Positions 41,707-50,390 of a DNA stretch of 64,000 bases are shown here, one piece after another. Within the stretch, counting starts at the first letter, position 1; each line of letters starts with the position of its first letter. This DNA is from an uncultured Pseudomonadales bacterium (GTDB taxonomy: Bacteria > Patescibacteriota > Microgenomatia > UBA1400 > PJMF01). A program made the position numbers and the translations under genes. The stretch lies in assembly GCA_964432115.1 (NCBI GenBank), contig CAYSMC010000033.1:1123-65122 (forward strand), given 5' to 3'. Under the pieces are notes generated by a model. It searched no databases, had not been told where the DNA came from, and was given only the letters and a program-made list of their open reading frames with translations.

Positions 41707-41739
41707 AAAAAACCCTTCTTTTACAGAAGGGTTTTTTTT
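41707..41739. terminator. Rho-independent (bidirectional) terminator
   Basis: AAAAAACCCTTCT-TTTAC-AGAAGGGTTTTTTTT. Confidence 0.88.
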
Positions 41740-41818
41740 AAAATAAAAGAAACATGTGTGAGGCTTAATTATTTATTGTTTAGCCTGGAAAGGAATCTCA
41801 ATTTAACATCCCATAATA

Positions 41819-41847
41819 TTGACAAAAATGACTTTATTTGATATACT
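41819..41847 (+). promoter_or_regulatory. Strong sigma70 promoter with extended -10
   Basis: TTGACA-17 nt-TATACT, with TG two bases upstream of the -10 box. Confidence 0.85.
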
Positions 41848-41852
41848 TTTAC

Positions 41853-42190
41853 ATACTTATCAAATCTTTTTATTAGAGAACAGATTTTGACATTCCAATC
41901 TTTTTTCCCAACCCCTCGTGTCGAAAATTGTTCTCTACTTGAAAGAGTAGAAGAAGGAGCTCTTAAGTAAGGTCTTAAAACCTGAGAATCGCTTTCAGAG
42001 TTTTGAGTCACTTACAAAAAGAGACGCACCTTAACAAGGAGGAAAAGAATGCCCTAGGCATTTTGGTCCAGCTTTTGTGACAATCATTGCAATGTGGTTG
42101 TTAGAGAAGCTGGTCCAATTGTGCCGAAAGGCAAGGGACGAGCCGGTGGCCACTGACGTGCAGTGGAAACTTTCGCGCTAAAAAGGAGAA
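41853..42190 (+). ncRNA. Unclassified structured RNA / long 5' leader (about 340 nt)
   Basis: At least seven consecutive hairpins with G-U pairs and GAAA/GCAA loops between the promoter and the SD/ATG of the lipoprotein gene. Confidence 0.6.
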
Positions 42191-42194
42191 TGCC

Positions 42195-43130
42195 ATGCGC
42201 AAAAAAATGTTTATTTTGGTTTGTGTACTTTTAGTGGCGAGCTTGCTCGCCGCCTGCAAACCGCAGGTTACCGTCAATGTTCCAGAGCAAAAACCACCAG
42301 ATGTTGTGGTAAATGTTCCAGAACAGGAACCTCCGTCAATCAATGTGGAGGTGATTGTTCCCAAAACATCAAAAGAAGCAGAACCGGTTGAAGAACCAGA
42401 GTTGGTTGAAGAACCCGAGCTCGTTGAAGCTTCTGAAGCCATAGTCGTCCAAAATTGGGCTAAATGCCCATTGGAGGACAAAGGCGTTCGCCTCGAATTT
42501 GATGGTCCGAATGATGGTGAATTTTACCTCATTTCTGGCCTCAGCGAGGATTTTGCAGTCTATGAAGGCTGTAATTTCCTATTCGAGGGCCGTCAATTTT
42601 TGACCGAAGAACACCATATTTGGGTCTTCCAAGATCCAGATTGGCAATTGAAGGTTCGAGAGGGTAGCCTCTGGGCTTATCCCTCAGACTGGAACATGGT
42701 TGACTTCTCAACTGAGAAGCCGCCGATCGTAGCCGAGTTCGTAACCGCGAAGCGGCAAAATCAGTTGATTAACGGCTATGACTGGGTAATTTTTGTCCAC
42801 GACGGTGAGATTCTTTATGAATTTCCCGTTGGGCAAGATACGCCCAAAGTAGTTTTACCCGACAACGCCGACTTCACAGAACCCGAACCACTCGTGGTTC
42901 AAGGCGTCTGGGATGGTGAGATGTTTGATGCCTCAATTGGGGCAGAAAATACAATCACCGTTTCGATGTTGGATGGACAATTGTTTTATTGGGCGAATGC
43001 CCAAGACAACATTGTCTACAAAACCGTTGAAGCCTGGATCATGCCGTCAGCATGGTCGCTCGAACAGATTGAGAGTTGGGCAGAACAAAATTTTCCCAAC
43101 CAAAGTTTGGTCGAATACAACGGCGGCTAA
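42195..43130 (+). CDS. Acidic lipoprotein of unknown function
   Basis: SD AAGGAG, signal peptide with lipobox 'LAAC', VNVPEQxPP and VEEPEL repeats; visibly GC-richer than the flanks. Confidence 0.85.
   Translation: MRKKMFILVCVLLVASLLAACKPQVTVNVPEQKPPDVVVNVPEQEPPSINVEVIVPKTSKEAEPVEEPELVEEPELVEASEAIVVQNWAKCPLEDKGVRLEFDGPNDGEFYLISGLSEDFAVYEGCNFLFEGRQFLTEEHHIWVFQDPDWQLKVREGSLWAYPSDWNMVDFSTEKPPIVAEFVTAKRQNQLINGYDWVIFVHDGEILYEFPVGQDTPKVVLPDNADFTEPEPLVVQGVWDGEMFDASIGAENTITVSMLDGQLFYWANAQDNIVYKTVEAWIMPSAWSLEQIESWAEQNFPNQSLVEYNGG
42386..42429 (+). repeat. Short coding tandem repeat (VEEPEL units)
   Basis: GTTGAAGAACCAGAGTTG-GTTGAAGAACCCGAGCTC-GTTGAAG, 18-nt period. Confidence 0.7.
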
Positions 43131-43140
43131 TCTTTCCTCC

Positions 43141-43216
43141 TTGCCCACGTCTACCTCTAGAAAAGAAGACGTGGGTAAAGCAAAGCTCATCAAATAGCAT
43201 TGGTGATTTTTGCTTT
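43141..43216 (+). terminator. Tandem 3' hairpins after the lipoprotein gene
   Basis: TTGCCCACGTCT/AGACGTGGGTAA stem, then AGCAAAG-CTCATCAA/TTGGTGA-TTTTTGCT stem. Confidence 0.6.
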
Positions 43217-43228
43217 ACTAAAAAAATC

Positions 43229-44608
43229 ATGAAATTAACTAAGAAAACCTACCAGCGTTTTAATGATCCAGCTACTTTACTGCTAGTATCTAGTTTTCCG
43301 CTGCAGGGTGAGGAAATTGCCAAGCGCAATGCGGTTTCACGTTATAGCAAATTTTTACTTGAGCATTTTCCAGATCAGCAACAAGTGGTGGTGCTGTGTG
43401 AGCAGGTCACAGGTCAAAATAATCAAGCTTATTTGCTCAAAGATAATATTTTAGTGATTCCTACTTACACTATCAATTCACTGAAACTTTTTGCTCAATT
43501 AAACCAGCAATTTAAGCGTTTTCCTCAAGTTAAAAACATTCTTTTACAATTTGAATTTAGTTTATTTGGTAAAGAAATTATTACCTTTTTATTGCCCTTT
43601 TTCTTTATTTGGCAGCGCTTGTTTGGTAAAAAGGTTTATACCATGCTTCATCAGGTGGTTTTGGATTTATCTACTTTATCAGGACAGGTAGCTTTGCCTG
43701 CCAGTTCAATCAAAACCTTGTTTTTTAATGGGGTGATGCGTCTTTTTTACAGTATTTTAGGCTTAGCTAATCAACAGGTTTTAGTTCATGATCAATTTTT
43801 AGCTGACAAATTACGTTTCTTAGTGCCTCAGCGCAAGTTAGTCATTATTCCTCATGGAATCAATGGTTATCGGGGCTTTAAACAGCTACAAAAAGATAGT
43901 TTTAAGAGAAGTTTGGGTTGTAAAGCTAGCGATCAATTAGTTTTAGCTTATGGTTATCATTCTTGGTATAAAGGTACGGATTGGTTAATAAAAAACTTTT
44001 TGCGTTTAAAAAAATCTGGTCAGTTAGCAAAAAACACCAAGTTATTGTTAGCTGGAGATGTGGCTCCTACTCAAAAAAATCAGCTTCATTTACAAGATTT
44101 TTACCATAATCTCAGCAAGTTGATTGAAAACAATGGTCAAGACATTATTCACACTGGTTTTGTACCAGAAAAAGAGGTGGCGAAGATCTTTGCTATTGCC
44201 GATTTGGTGGTTTTTCCTTATCGCGCGCGCATGTCTAGTTCTGGAGCTTTAGCTTTAGCGCTGCAATATCGCAAGCCTTTTATTTGTTCCAAGTTTTTTG
44301 CCGAAAATTTAGTGACTGATGAGTTGAAAAAACTGGCTGAAAAAAACAAAATCGCTACTGATCGATTGCTGTTTGATTTAAATTATTCTTCTTTTACTAA
44401 AGTTTTCTTAAATAATTGGCAGAATCAATCTCTAAGTAAAAAAATGACTGCTTTTGGTCGCCAGGTATCCAAAGCTCATGAGTGGAGCGAGGTTGCTTTG
44501 CAATATTTAACTGTTATTGAGCAAGCTAAAAAACAAGCCGTCAGAGCTACTAAGGTGCAAAAAGTTTACTTTTGGCAAAGACCAGCTTATTCCCAAGCTG
44601 GCACTTAA
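43229..44608 (+). CDS. GT4-family glycosyltransferase
   Basis: 'IIPHG', 'YGY...YKG', 'GFVPE...ADLVVFPY' and 'SSGAL'. ATG 43229 preferred because the upstream part overlaps the previous gene and hairpins. Confidence 0.85.
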   Translation: MKLTKKTYQRFNDPATLLLVSSFPLQGEEIAKRNAVSRYSKFLLEHFPDQQQVVVLCEQVTGQNNQAYLLKDNILVIPTYTINSLKLFAQLNQQFKRFPQVKNILLQFEFSLFGKEIITFLLPFFFIWQRLFGKKVYTMLHQVVLDLSTLSGQVALPASSIKTLFFNGVMRLFYSILGLANQQVLVHDQFLADKLRFLVPQRKLVIIPHGINGYRGFKQLQKDSFKRSLGCKASDQLVLAYGYHSWYKGTDWLIKNFLRLKKSGQLAKNTKLLLAGDVAPTQKNQLHLQDFYHNLSKLIENNGQDIIHTGFVPEKEVAKIFAIADLVVFPYRARMSSSGALALALQYRKPFICSKFFAENLVTDELKKLAEKNKIATDRLLFDLNYSSFTKVFLNNWQNQSLSKKMTAFGRQVSKAHEWSEVALQYLTVIEQAKKQAVRATKVQKVYFWQRPAYSQAGT

Positions 44609-44634
44609 GCTGAATTTTTGTATACAATTAAGTT

Positions 44635-47600
44635 ATGAAATTTTTTTCTCTATTAAAAAAAGTCTGGCCCCAGCTTTTTTTATTTCTTCTAGTAACCCTT
44701 CTTGTTTATCTGAATTTTACTCCAGCTACTTATTTAATTGGCTGGGATAATCTACAGGTTGAACTTGATCTCGGCATTAATCTAGAAAGAGCTTTTAATG
44801 TCTCTTGGCAGGAATATCAGGGCTTAGGTTTATTAGGAGGCATGGGACATGGAGCAGATCTAGTCAGGCAGATTTTGTTGTGGCCTTTTTCGCTTATCTT
44901 AAAGCAAAATTGGCTGCGTTATTTTTGGAATTATTTGGCTTTATTGTCTGGTGTTTGGGGGGCTTATAGTTTATTTGCTTATTTATTAAAGAATAATAAA
45001 CAATATCAACTTTTGGCTTTACTCGGCGCTAGTTTTTATCTATTAAATCTTGGCACGGTGCAAAATTTCTACGTTACTTTTGAGCCTTTTGCCGCTTTTT
45101 TTGCTTTTTTTCCCTGGTTAATTTATTACTTTTTAACTTATCTTGAACGATCCAACAAAAAAAATCTGCTGGGCTTTATCGCTTTTTCTTTATTAGGAAC
45201 AATTTTTGGCTATGTGCAGACGGTTTTTATTGTTTATCTGCTAGTTTTGTTATTAATCATGGCTTTTTTTCTGTTCAAGAAAAAAATTACTTGGAAAAAA
45301 GTAGGCTTAATTTTATTAGTGGTTTTTTTGACCAATGCTTTTTGGTTATTGCCGGTGGTTTATTTCACGATTTTTGCAAGTGCCACCACCCTAGCAGCCA
45401 AGATTAACTTGATGTCTACTGAGGTGACCTTTTTAAAAAATAACCAGTTTGGTAGTTTTACTAATTTGGCCACACTTAAAGGTTTTTGGCTTGATCATAC
45501 TGATTTTAACCAGTGGGGCAACAGTGTTTATTTAATGGATGTTTGGAAAAGCCATTTAAATCAGGGATGGCTGGCAGTTTTAACTTGGCTTTATTTTGCC
45601 TTATTAGTTCTTGGTATTGGATCATTATTTTTGGCTAAAAAGAGCCAGTCGCATTTGCGTCACAGCCATTTGTCAATTTTAGTGGTTTTTTTGTTTACGG
45701 CTTTTATTTTGGCCGGTTCCAATCCACCCTTAGCTTTTGTTTATGACTTTTTGCGCCAAGTGGTGCCTTTATTTGGTCAAATATTTCGCTCAGCCTTTAC
45801 CAAATGGATCGTTCCCTACAGCTTATTTTATAGCTTGTTGTTGACTTTTGGTTTAGCTTTTCTTTTTTCTTTTTTCAAAAAGAAAATCTGGCAATTTCTT
45901 ATAGCCGGCGCATTTTTCTTATCTTTAATTTTTTATTCCTTACCTAGTTTTACTGGTAATTTCTTTTATTCTCGCTTGCGAGTGAGTGTTCCCGATGCCT
46001 ATTTTCAAGTGTTTGATTATTTTAAAAATGAGGCGCCAGAGAGTAGTCGGATTGCTAATTTGCCTCAGCATACTTTTTATGGTTGGCAATGGAATGATTG
46101 GGGTTATCGTGGCTCTGGTTTTATTTGGTACGGGATTAAACAGCCAATTTTAGATCGGGCTTTTGATGTCTGGAGTGAGGCCAGCGAGCGCTATTATTGG
46201 CAATTACAGGCAGCGCTAGATAAAAAGGATATTGCTGCATTGGAAAATGTTTTAGCTCAATATGCAGTTGATTATTTGCTACTTGATGAATCAATTATTA
46301 ATCGCAATACCAAAAAGCCTTTTAATTATCAGGCACTCAAAGAGTTTTTACAAAGTGCAGACAATATCGAATTAATTGAGCAATATGATTTTATAAGTAT
46401 TTATCGGGTTAATAATCAAGCACAAGAAAAGAGCCAGGACTTTATTACTTTGTATAAAGATTTGCCTTTGCTAGCCAATGACTATCGTTTTGCTTGGTCT
46501 GATCAAGCCTTTAGTGACTTTGGCCATTATTTAACTATGGATAATCATAATTTCTCTATTGAAGATCTGAATATTGATGCCATTTATCCCTTTCCCGCCC
46601 TGTTTAGCAACCATTGGCAGGAGGATTTAGAATTTTCTTTAACCAAAGATGACAGCTACTTTTATCTAAGTAGTTTGAAAGACAGCCCAAGCGCCGATTT
46701 TCAATTGCAGTTAGCAGATTTGATGAAATCTGAAGAGCAGTTGCCTTTTCGCTTAACTTGGGTAGTGGAGGATAATTTGGCGAAACTCAATTTTAGCTTG
46801 CTAGCCCCAGAAATTATTGATAGCCAGCAAGTAACTCATTTTACTCTAGAGAAAGAATTTATTTTTGATGCGCGATTGTGTATGGCTAGCGAAACTTGTT
46901 ATATCAACATCAATAATCAGCTACTTACTCAATTAGGTGAGAGTGGTGAACTGGATTTATTATTAAGCACCAGTGTTCCCAACAGCATTGCCCTTAGTAG
47001 CGAGCAAAAAACTGCTTATTTCGACTATGCTTTTTTTGATTTAAATCTTTACAATTTGATCGTTGAGCAAAAACCCTATCGGGGAGATAGCCAGCTAAAA
47101 GTTAAAATCCCCAAAGTCATCTTGCAAAGCAATGTGTTAGTTAGTGAACTTAATCTTTTTGAGCCAGTCGATTGTCGGCCACTGCAAGAAGGTTTGGTGG
47201 CTAAAGAACAGTGGGATGAGGGGACTTTTTATCAGGCGGTTGGCACTAGTGTTTGTGATCATTTCTATTTGGCTAATTTAGCTCATAATTTAGGCTATCT
47301 GATTAAGCTAGATGCGCAGAATTTAGCTAGTTTGCCAGCCATTTTTGCGGTGCAGTCAGACAGCATTGGTCGTAGTCCTTTAGAGACCTATTTAAGTGAG
47401 GGAGTTAATTACCACATATTGCCTCCGACTGAGGATTTCAATCAAGGTTACACCCTGTATTTTTCCACTGATTCTTATGGTTGGGAAATCAATAATAACC
47501 TAATCAAGTCTGTGGAAGTTTTCTTTTTCCCCTACAATTTCCTAAAAGAATTGCGCTGGCAAAAAACTCAAGCACCGGTTTTGCCCAATCAGTTGAGTAA

Positions 47601-47925
47601 TTGTGATTTTAGCGTTAACAAAAAAGCTCTTTGGTTATATCAAATTGATTTGCCAACTAATTGTGATGCTCAATATTTAAGCTTAGCTCAGGCTTATGAC
47701 GGGGCTTGGTTGGCTTACCAAGATGGGCAAAGACTTAAACAAGCCAAAGTAAATAATTGGGCCAATGCTTGGTTCTTAGACAATCAAGACAGTGAAAGTC
47801 GAATTTATCTTTTCTTTTGGCCACAATTACTTCAATATTTTGGCTTTTTACTGATCGTTATTAGTTTATTTTTCTTATTGCTAAAATTGCGAAAAAAGCG
47901 ACCAGATCGTTTAAAAAGCAATTAA
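44635..47925 (+). CDS. Large multi-pass membrane protein, GT-C/AftD/YfhO-like, with a large extracellular region
   Basis: About 12 N-terminal TM helices; C-terminal 'LAQAYDGAW...VNNWANAW...FWPQ' + TM helix. Confidence 0.7.
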   Translation: MKFFSLLKKVWPQLFLFLLVTLLVYLNFTPATYLIGWDNLQVELDLGINLERAFNVSWQEYQGLGLLGGMGHGADLVRQILLWPFSLILKQNWLRYFWNYLALLSGVWGAYSLFAYLLKNNKQYQLLALLGASFYLLNLGTVQNFYVTFEPFAAFFAFFPWLIYYFLTYLERSNKKNLLGFIAFSLLGTIFGYVQTVFIVYLLVLLLIMAFFLFKKKITWKKVGLILLVVFLTNAFWLLPVVYFTIFASATTLAAKINLMSTEVTFLKNNQFGSFTNLATLKGFWLDHTDFNQWGNSVYLMDVWKSHLNQGWLAVLTWLYFALLVLGIGSLFLAKKSQSHLRHSHLSILVVFLFTAFILAGSNPPLAFVYDFLRQVVPLFGQIFRSAFTKWIVPYSLFYSLLLTFGLAFLFSFFKKKIWQFLIAGAFFLSLIFYSLPSFTGNFFYSRLRVSVPDAYFQVFDYFKNEAPESSRIANLPQHTFYGWQWNDWGYRGSGFIWYGIKQPILDRAFDVWSEASERYYWQLQAALDKKDIAALENVLAQYAVDYLLLDESIINRNTKKPFNYQALKEFLQSADNIELIEQYDFISIYRVNNQAQEKSQDFITLYKDLPLLANDYRFAWSDQAFSDFGHYLTMDNHNFSIEDLNIDAIYPFPALFSNHWQEDLEFSLTKDDSYFYLSSLKDSPSADFQLQLADLMKSEEQLPFRLTWVVEDNLAKLNFSLLAPEIIDSQQVTHFTLEKEFIFDARLCMASETCYININNQLLTQLGESGELDLLLSTSVPNSIALSSEQKTAYFDYAFFDLNLYNLIVEQKPYRGDSQLKVKIPKVILQSNVLVSELNLFEPVDCRPLQEGLVAKEQWDEGTFYQAVGTSVCDHFYLANLAHNLGYLIKLDAQNLASLPAIFAVQSDSIGRSPLETYLSEGVNYHILPPTEDFNQGYTLYFSTDSYGWEINNNLIKSVEVFFFPYNFLKELRWQKTQAPVLPNQLSNCDFSVNKKALWLYQIDLPTNCDAQYLSLAQAYDGAWLAYQDGQRLKQAKVNNWANAWFLDNQDSESRIYLFFWPQLLQYFGFLLIVISLFFLLLKLRKKRPDRLKSN

Positions 47926-47950
47926 TTTCTTAATTTGCTATACTAAAGTT

Positions 47951-50092
47951 GTGCTAAAAAACCATCTCTTATTAAAAATTAAAACCAGCAAGGACAGTGA
48001 CGAGACTGAAGAAGCAGCAGTTCAGCTGTTTTCGACTCTTCCCAAGTTAAAAAATAGCTTATTTGACAAGTTGCAGGGCAAGAATGAGAGTTTAAGTTTT
48101 GAAATTTTGGTTAAAGAGCAAAACATTCATTTTCTAGTTCAGGTGCCGGCCAGACTCTTAGAATATTTCAAAGGAGCAATCCAGGCCAGTTATCCTGAGG
48201 CGGTGATTGAAAAAATGATTACTGATCCGGTAGATCTGTTTTTTGCTAAAGATCAGCAATTGACTGTAGCCAGCTTGAAATTAAAAAATCATAGTTACTT
48301 GCCGCTTAAAACCTATCAAGATTTTAGTGAGATCGATCCTTTATCGACGTTGATGTCGACCTTGTCTAAAAATCAAGGGCAGGACGCTATTTTAGTGCAA
48401 GTATTGTTATCTAATGACTTGGGTTTAATGTTGGGAAAGCAAAGTTTATCTAGCGAAGACTTAGTTGATCACCCTCAACAAGCTTTAATTAAGCAAAAAA
48501 TGGAACAGCGCCAATTAAGAGCTGCTTTTAAAATTGCGGTAGTGACTGATGATAAAAAAAGAAGCAAACTGCTGTTAAGCAATATTGCCGCTGCTTATCA
48601 AGCCACCTCCAAAAGTGAAAGCAATGAGTTGGCTTTAAAAAAATGCCATTTATTTAAAAAATGCTTTTTAAAAAGCATGAAAAAGCGCAGTTTGAAGATG
48701 TCTCCTAGTTTGATTTTAAGTGTTGATGAATTGGCTACGCTTTATCATTTTCCTAGCCAAAAATTAAGTAATATTAAGAATATTTCCTGGGGTAAGAAAA
48801 TCCTTGGTGAAGCGCCAGATAATTTACCGATAGTTAGTGCTGACAGTTCAGATAAAACTAAAAACGAAATTAATATTATTGGCGAGACTGTTTATAAAAA
48901 TCGCTCTGTCAAATATGGCTTATTAAATGCTGATCGGCGTCGTCATGTCTATGTGATTGGTAAAACTGGTACTGGTAAATCTACTTTGTTGGCTAACATG
49001 GCCATTAATGATCTCAAGCACAATAAGGGCTTGTGTGTTATTGATCCGCATGGGGATTTAGTTGAAACCTTACTAGATTATATTCCCAAGCATCGCATTA
49101 ATGACGTGGTTTATTTTGATCCAGCCGATACTGAGCGAACGGTGCAAATTAACCTCTTTGAGGGGGAGAATGTTGTTCACCGCGAGCTAATTGCGTCTGG
49201 AATAATTTCTGTCTTTAAAAAACTTTATGGTTACTCTTGGGGGCCAAGACTTGAGTATATTTTGCGCAATTGTCTGCTAACTTTATTAAAAAGCGAAAAA
49301 GCCAAGTTATCTGACGTTGTAGATCTGCTAACCGATGAAAAATTCCGCGAAAAAGTTATCAGCAAACTTAATGATCCAATTCTCAAAAACTTTTGGGTCA
49401 ATGAATATAACAAAATGCACGATCGCCAGCGCCAAGAACAGATTGCTTCAATCCTCAACAAAGTTGGTCAATTTGTCTCTTCGCCACTGGTGCGCAATGT
49501 GGTTAATACCACCCAGTCTTCTTTTAGCATTGAACAATTAATGGACGAGGGCAAGATTTTATTGATTAATTTATCTCAAGGACGTTTGGGTGAGGATAAT
49601 GCCACTCTGTTGGGGGCAATGATGATTACTAAAATTCAATTAGCGGCCATGGCTAGAGTCAATACTAGTGAAGAAAAGCGCCGAGATTTTTATCTTTATG
49701 TTGATGAGTTTCAAAATTTTGCTACCGATGCTTTTGTCAAAATTTTGTCTGAAGCCCGTAAGTATCGACTTAATTTAATTTTGGCTAACCAATATATTGA
49801 TCAAATTCCTGAGGAAGTGCGCAATGCTATTTTTGGTAACTGTGGCAATATTATTAGTTTTGTGATGGGGGCTGGTGATGCTAACTATTTTCAAGCTGAA
49901 TATGGTGGACTTTATACTCAAGATGATTTGCTTAATTTAGATAAATATCAAGTCATTAATAAAATTTCGATTGATAATGTGCTGAGTCGACCCTTTCCTG
50001 CCTATACTTTACCTTTGGCGAGCAGTAAAAACCAAAATCGAGCAAAGGTGATTCGCAATAGTCGGGAACGCTACGCTAAAAAAAAATATTAG
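47951..50092 (+). CDS. VirD4/TraD-like coupling ATPase (HerA-FtsK superfamily)
   Basis: 'HVYVIGKTGTGKST', 'IDPHGD', 'LYVDEFQNF' and 'SEARKYRL.L.LANQY'. Confidence 0.9.
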   Translation: MLKNHLLLKIKTSKDSDETEEAAVQLFSTLPKLKNSLFDKLQGKNESLSFEILVKEQNIHFLVQVPARLLEYFKGAIQASYPEAVIEKMITDPVDLFFAKDQQLTVASLKLKNHSYLPLKTYQDFSEIDPLSTLMSTLSKNQGQDAILVQVLLSNDLGLMLGKQSLSSEDLVDHPQQALIKQKMEQRQLRAAFKIAVVTDDKKRSKLLLSNIAAAYQATSKSESNELALKKCHLFKKCFLKSMKKRSLKMSPSLILSVDELATLYHFPSQKLSNIKNISWGKKILGEAPDNLPIVSADSSDKTKNEINIIGETVYKNRSVKYGLLNADRRRHVYVIGKTGTGKSTLLANMAINDLKHNKGLCVIDPHGDLVETLLDYIPKHRINDVVYFDPADTERTVQINLFEGENVVHRELIASGIISVFKKLYGYSWGPRLEYILRNCLLTLLKSEKAKLSDVVDLLTDEKFREKVISKLNDPILKNFWVNEYNKMHDRQRQEQIASILNKVGQFVSSPLVRNVVNTTQSSFSIEQLMDEGKILLINLSQGRLGEDNATLLGAMMITKIQLAAMARVNTSEEKRRDFYLYVDEFQNFATDAFVKILSEARKYRLNLILANQYIDQIPEEVRNAIFGNCGNIISFVMGAGDANYFQAEYGGLYTQDDLLNLDKYQVINKISIDNVLSRPFPAYTLPLASSKNQNRAKVIRNSRERYAKKKY

Positions 50093-50390
50093 TGAACAAG
50101 TATCTTCCAGTAATCGCCAAAAAAACGTTGAGCCTTGGTGGGTTTATATAGTTGAGTGCAGTGATGGCTCTTACTATACGGGTATTAGTAATAATATTAA
50201 TAAGAGACTGAATAAACACAATTTGGGCAATGGAGCTAAATATACCAAACTAAGAAAACCCGTTGCTTTAGTTTACTTTGAAAAACATGCTGATCGATCA
50301 ACTGCGGCCAAGAGAGAATATCAAATCAAACAGCTGACCCGTCAAGAAAAAGAACAACTAGTTGTTGGTTTTTTATACACTAAGCTTTGA
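50091..50390 (+). CDS. GIY-YIG endonuclease (YhbQ/UPF0213-like) with no in-frame canonical start; missed by the ORF track
   Basis: Frame from 50091 reads SEQVSSSNRQKNVEPWWVYIVECSDGSYYTGISNNINKRLNKHNLGNGAKYTKLRKPVALVYFEKHADRSTAAKREYQIKQLTRQEKEQLV...TGA(50388-50390). Confidence 0.88.
   Translation, partial: SEQVSSSNRQKNVEPWWVYIVECSDGSYYTGISNNINKRLNKHNLGNGAKYTKLRKPVALVYFEKHADRSTAAKREYQIKQLTRQEKEQLVVGFLYTKL

Noticed and set aside
41853-42190. Identity of the structured RNA as RNase P RNA, tmRNA, lysine riboswitch, hammerhead or group II intron domain V
   Set aside because: Only short fragments resemble these (GAGGAAA, TGCCGAAAGG, CTGACG..GAAAC, GAGCCG); the required partner motifs and ends are absent.
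41769-42481. Minus-strand ORFs 41769..42011 and 42101..42481
   Set aside because: They are antisense to the promoter/leader and the lipoprotein; the Ser/Thr-rich translation mirrors the + strand repeats.
47951-50092. Conjugative element or ICE
   Set aside because: No relaxase, VirB genes, integrase or att repeats nearby; orphan VirD4-like ATPases are common chromosomal genes in CPR bacteria.
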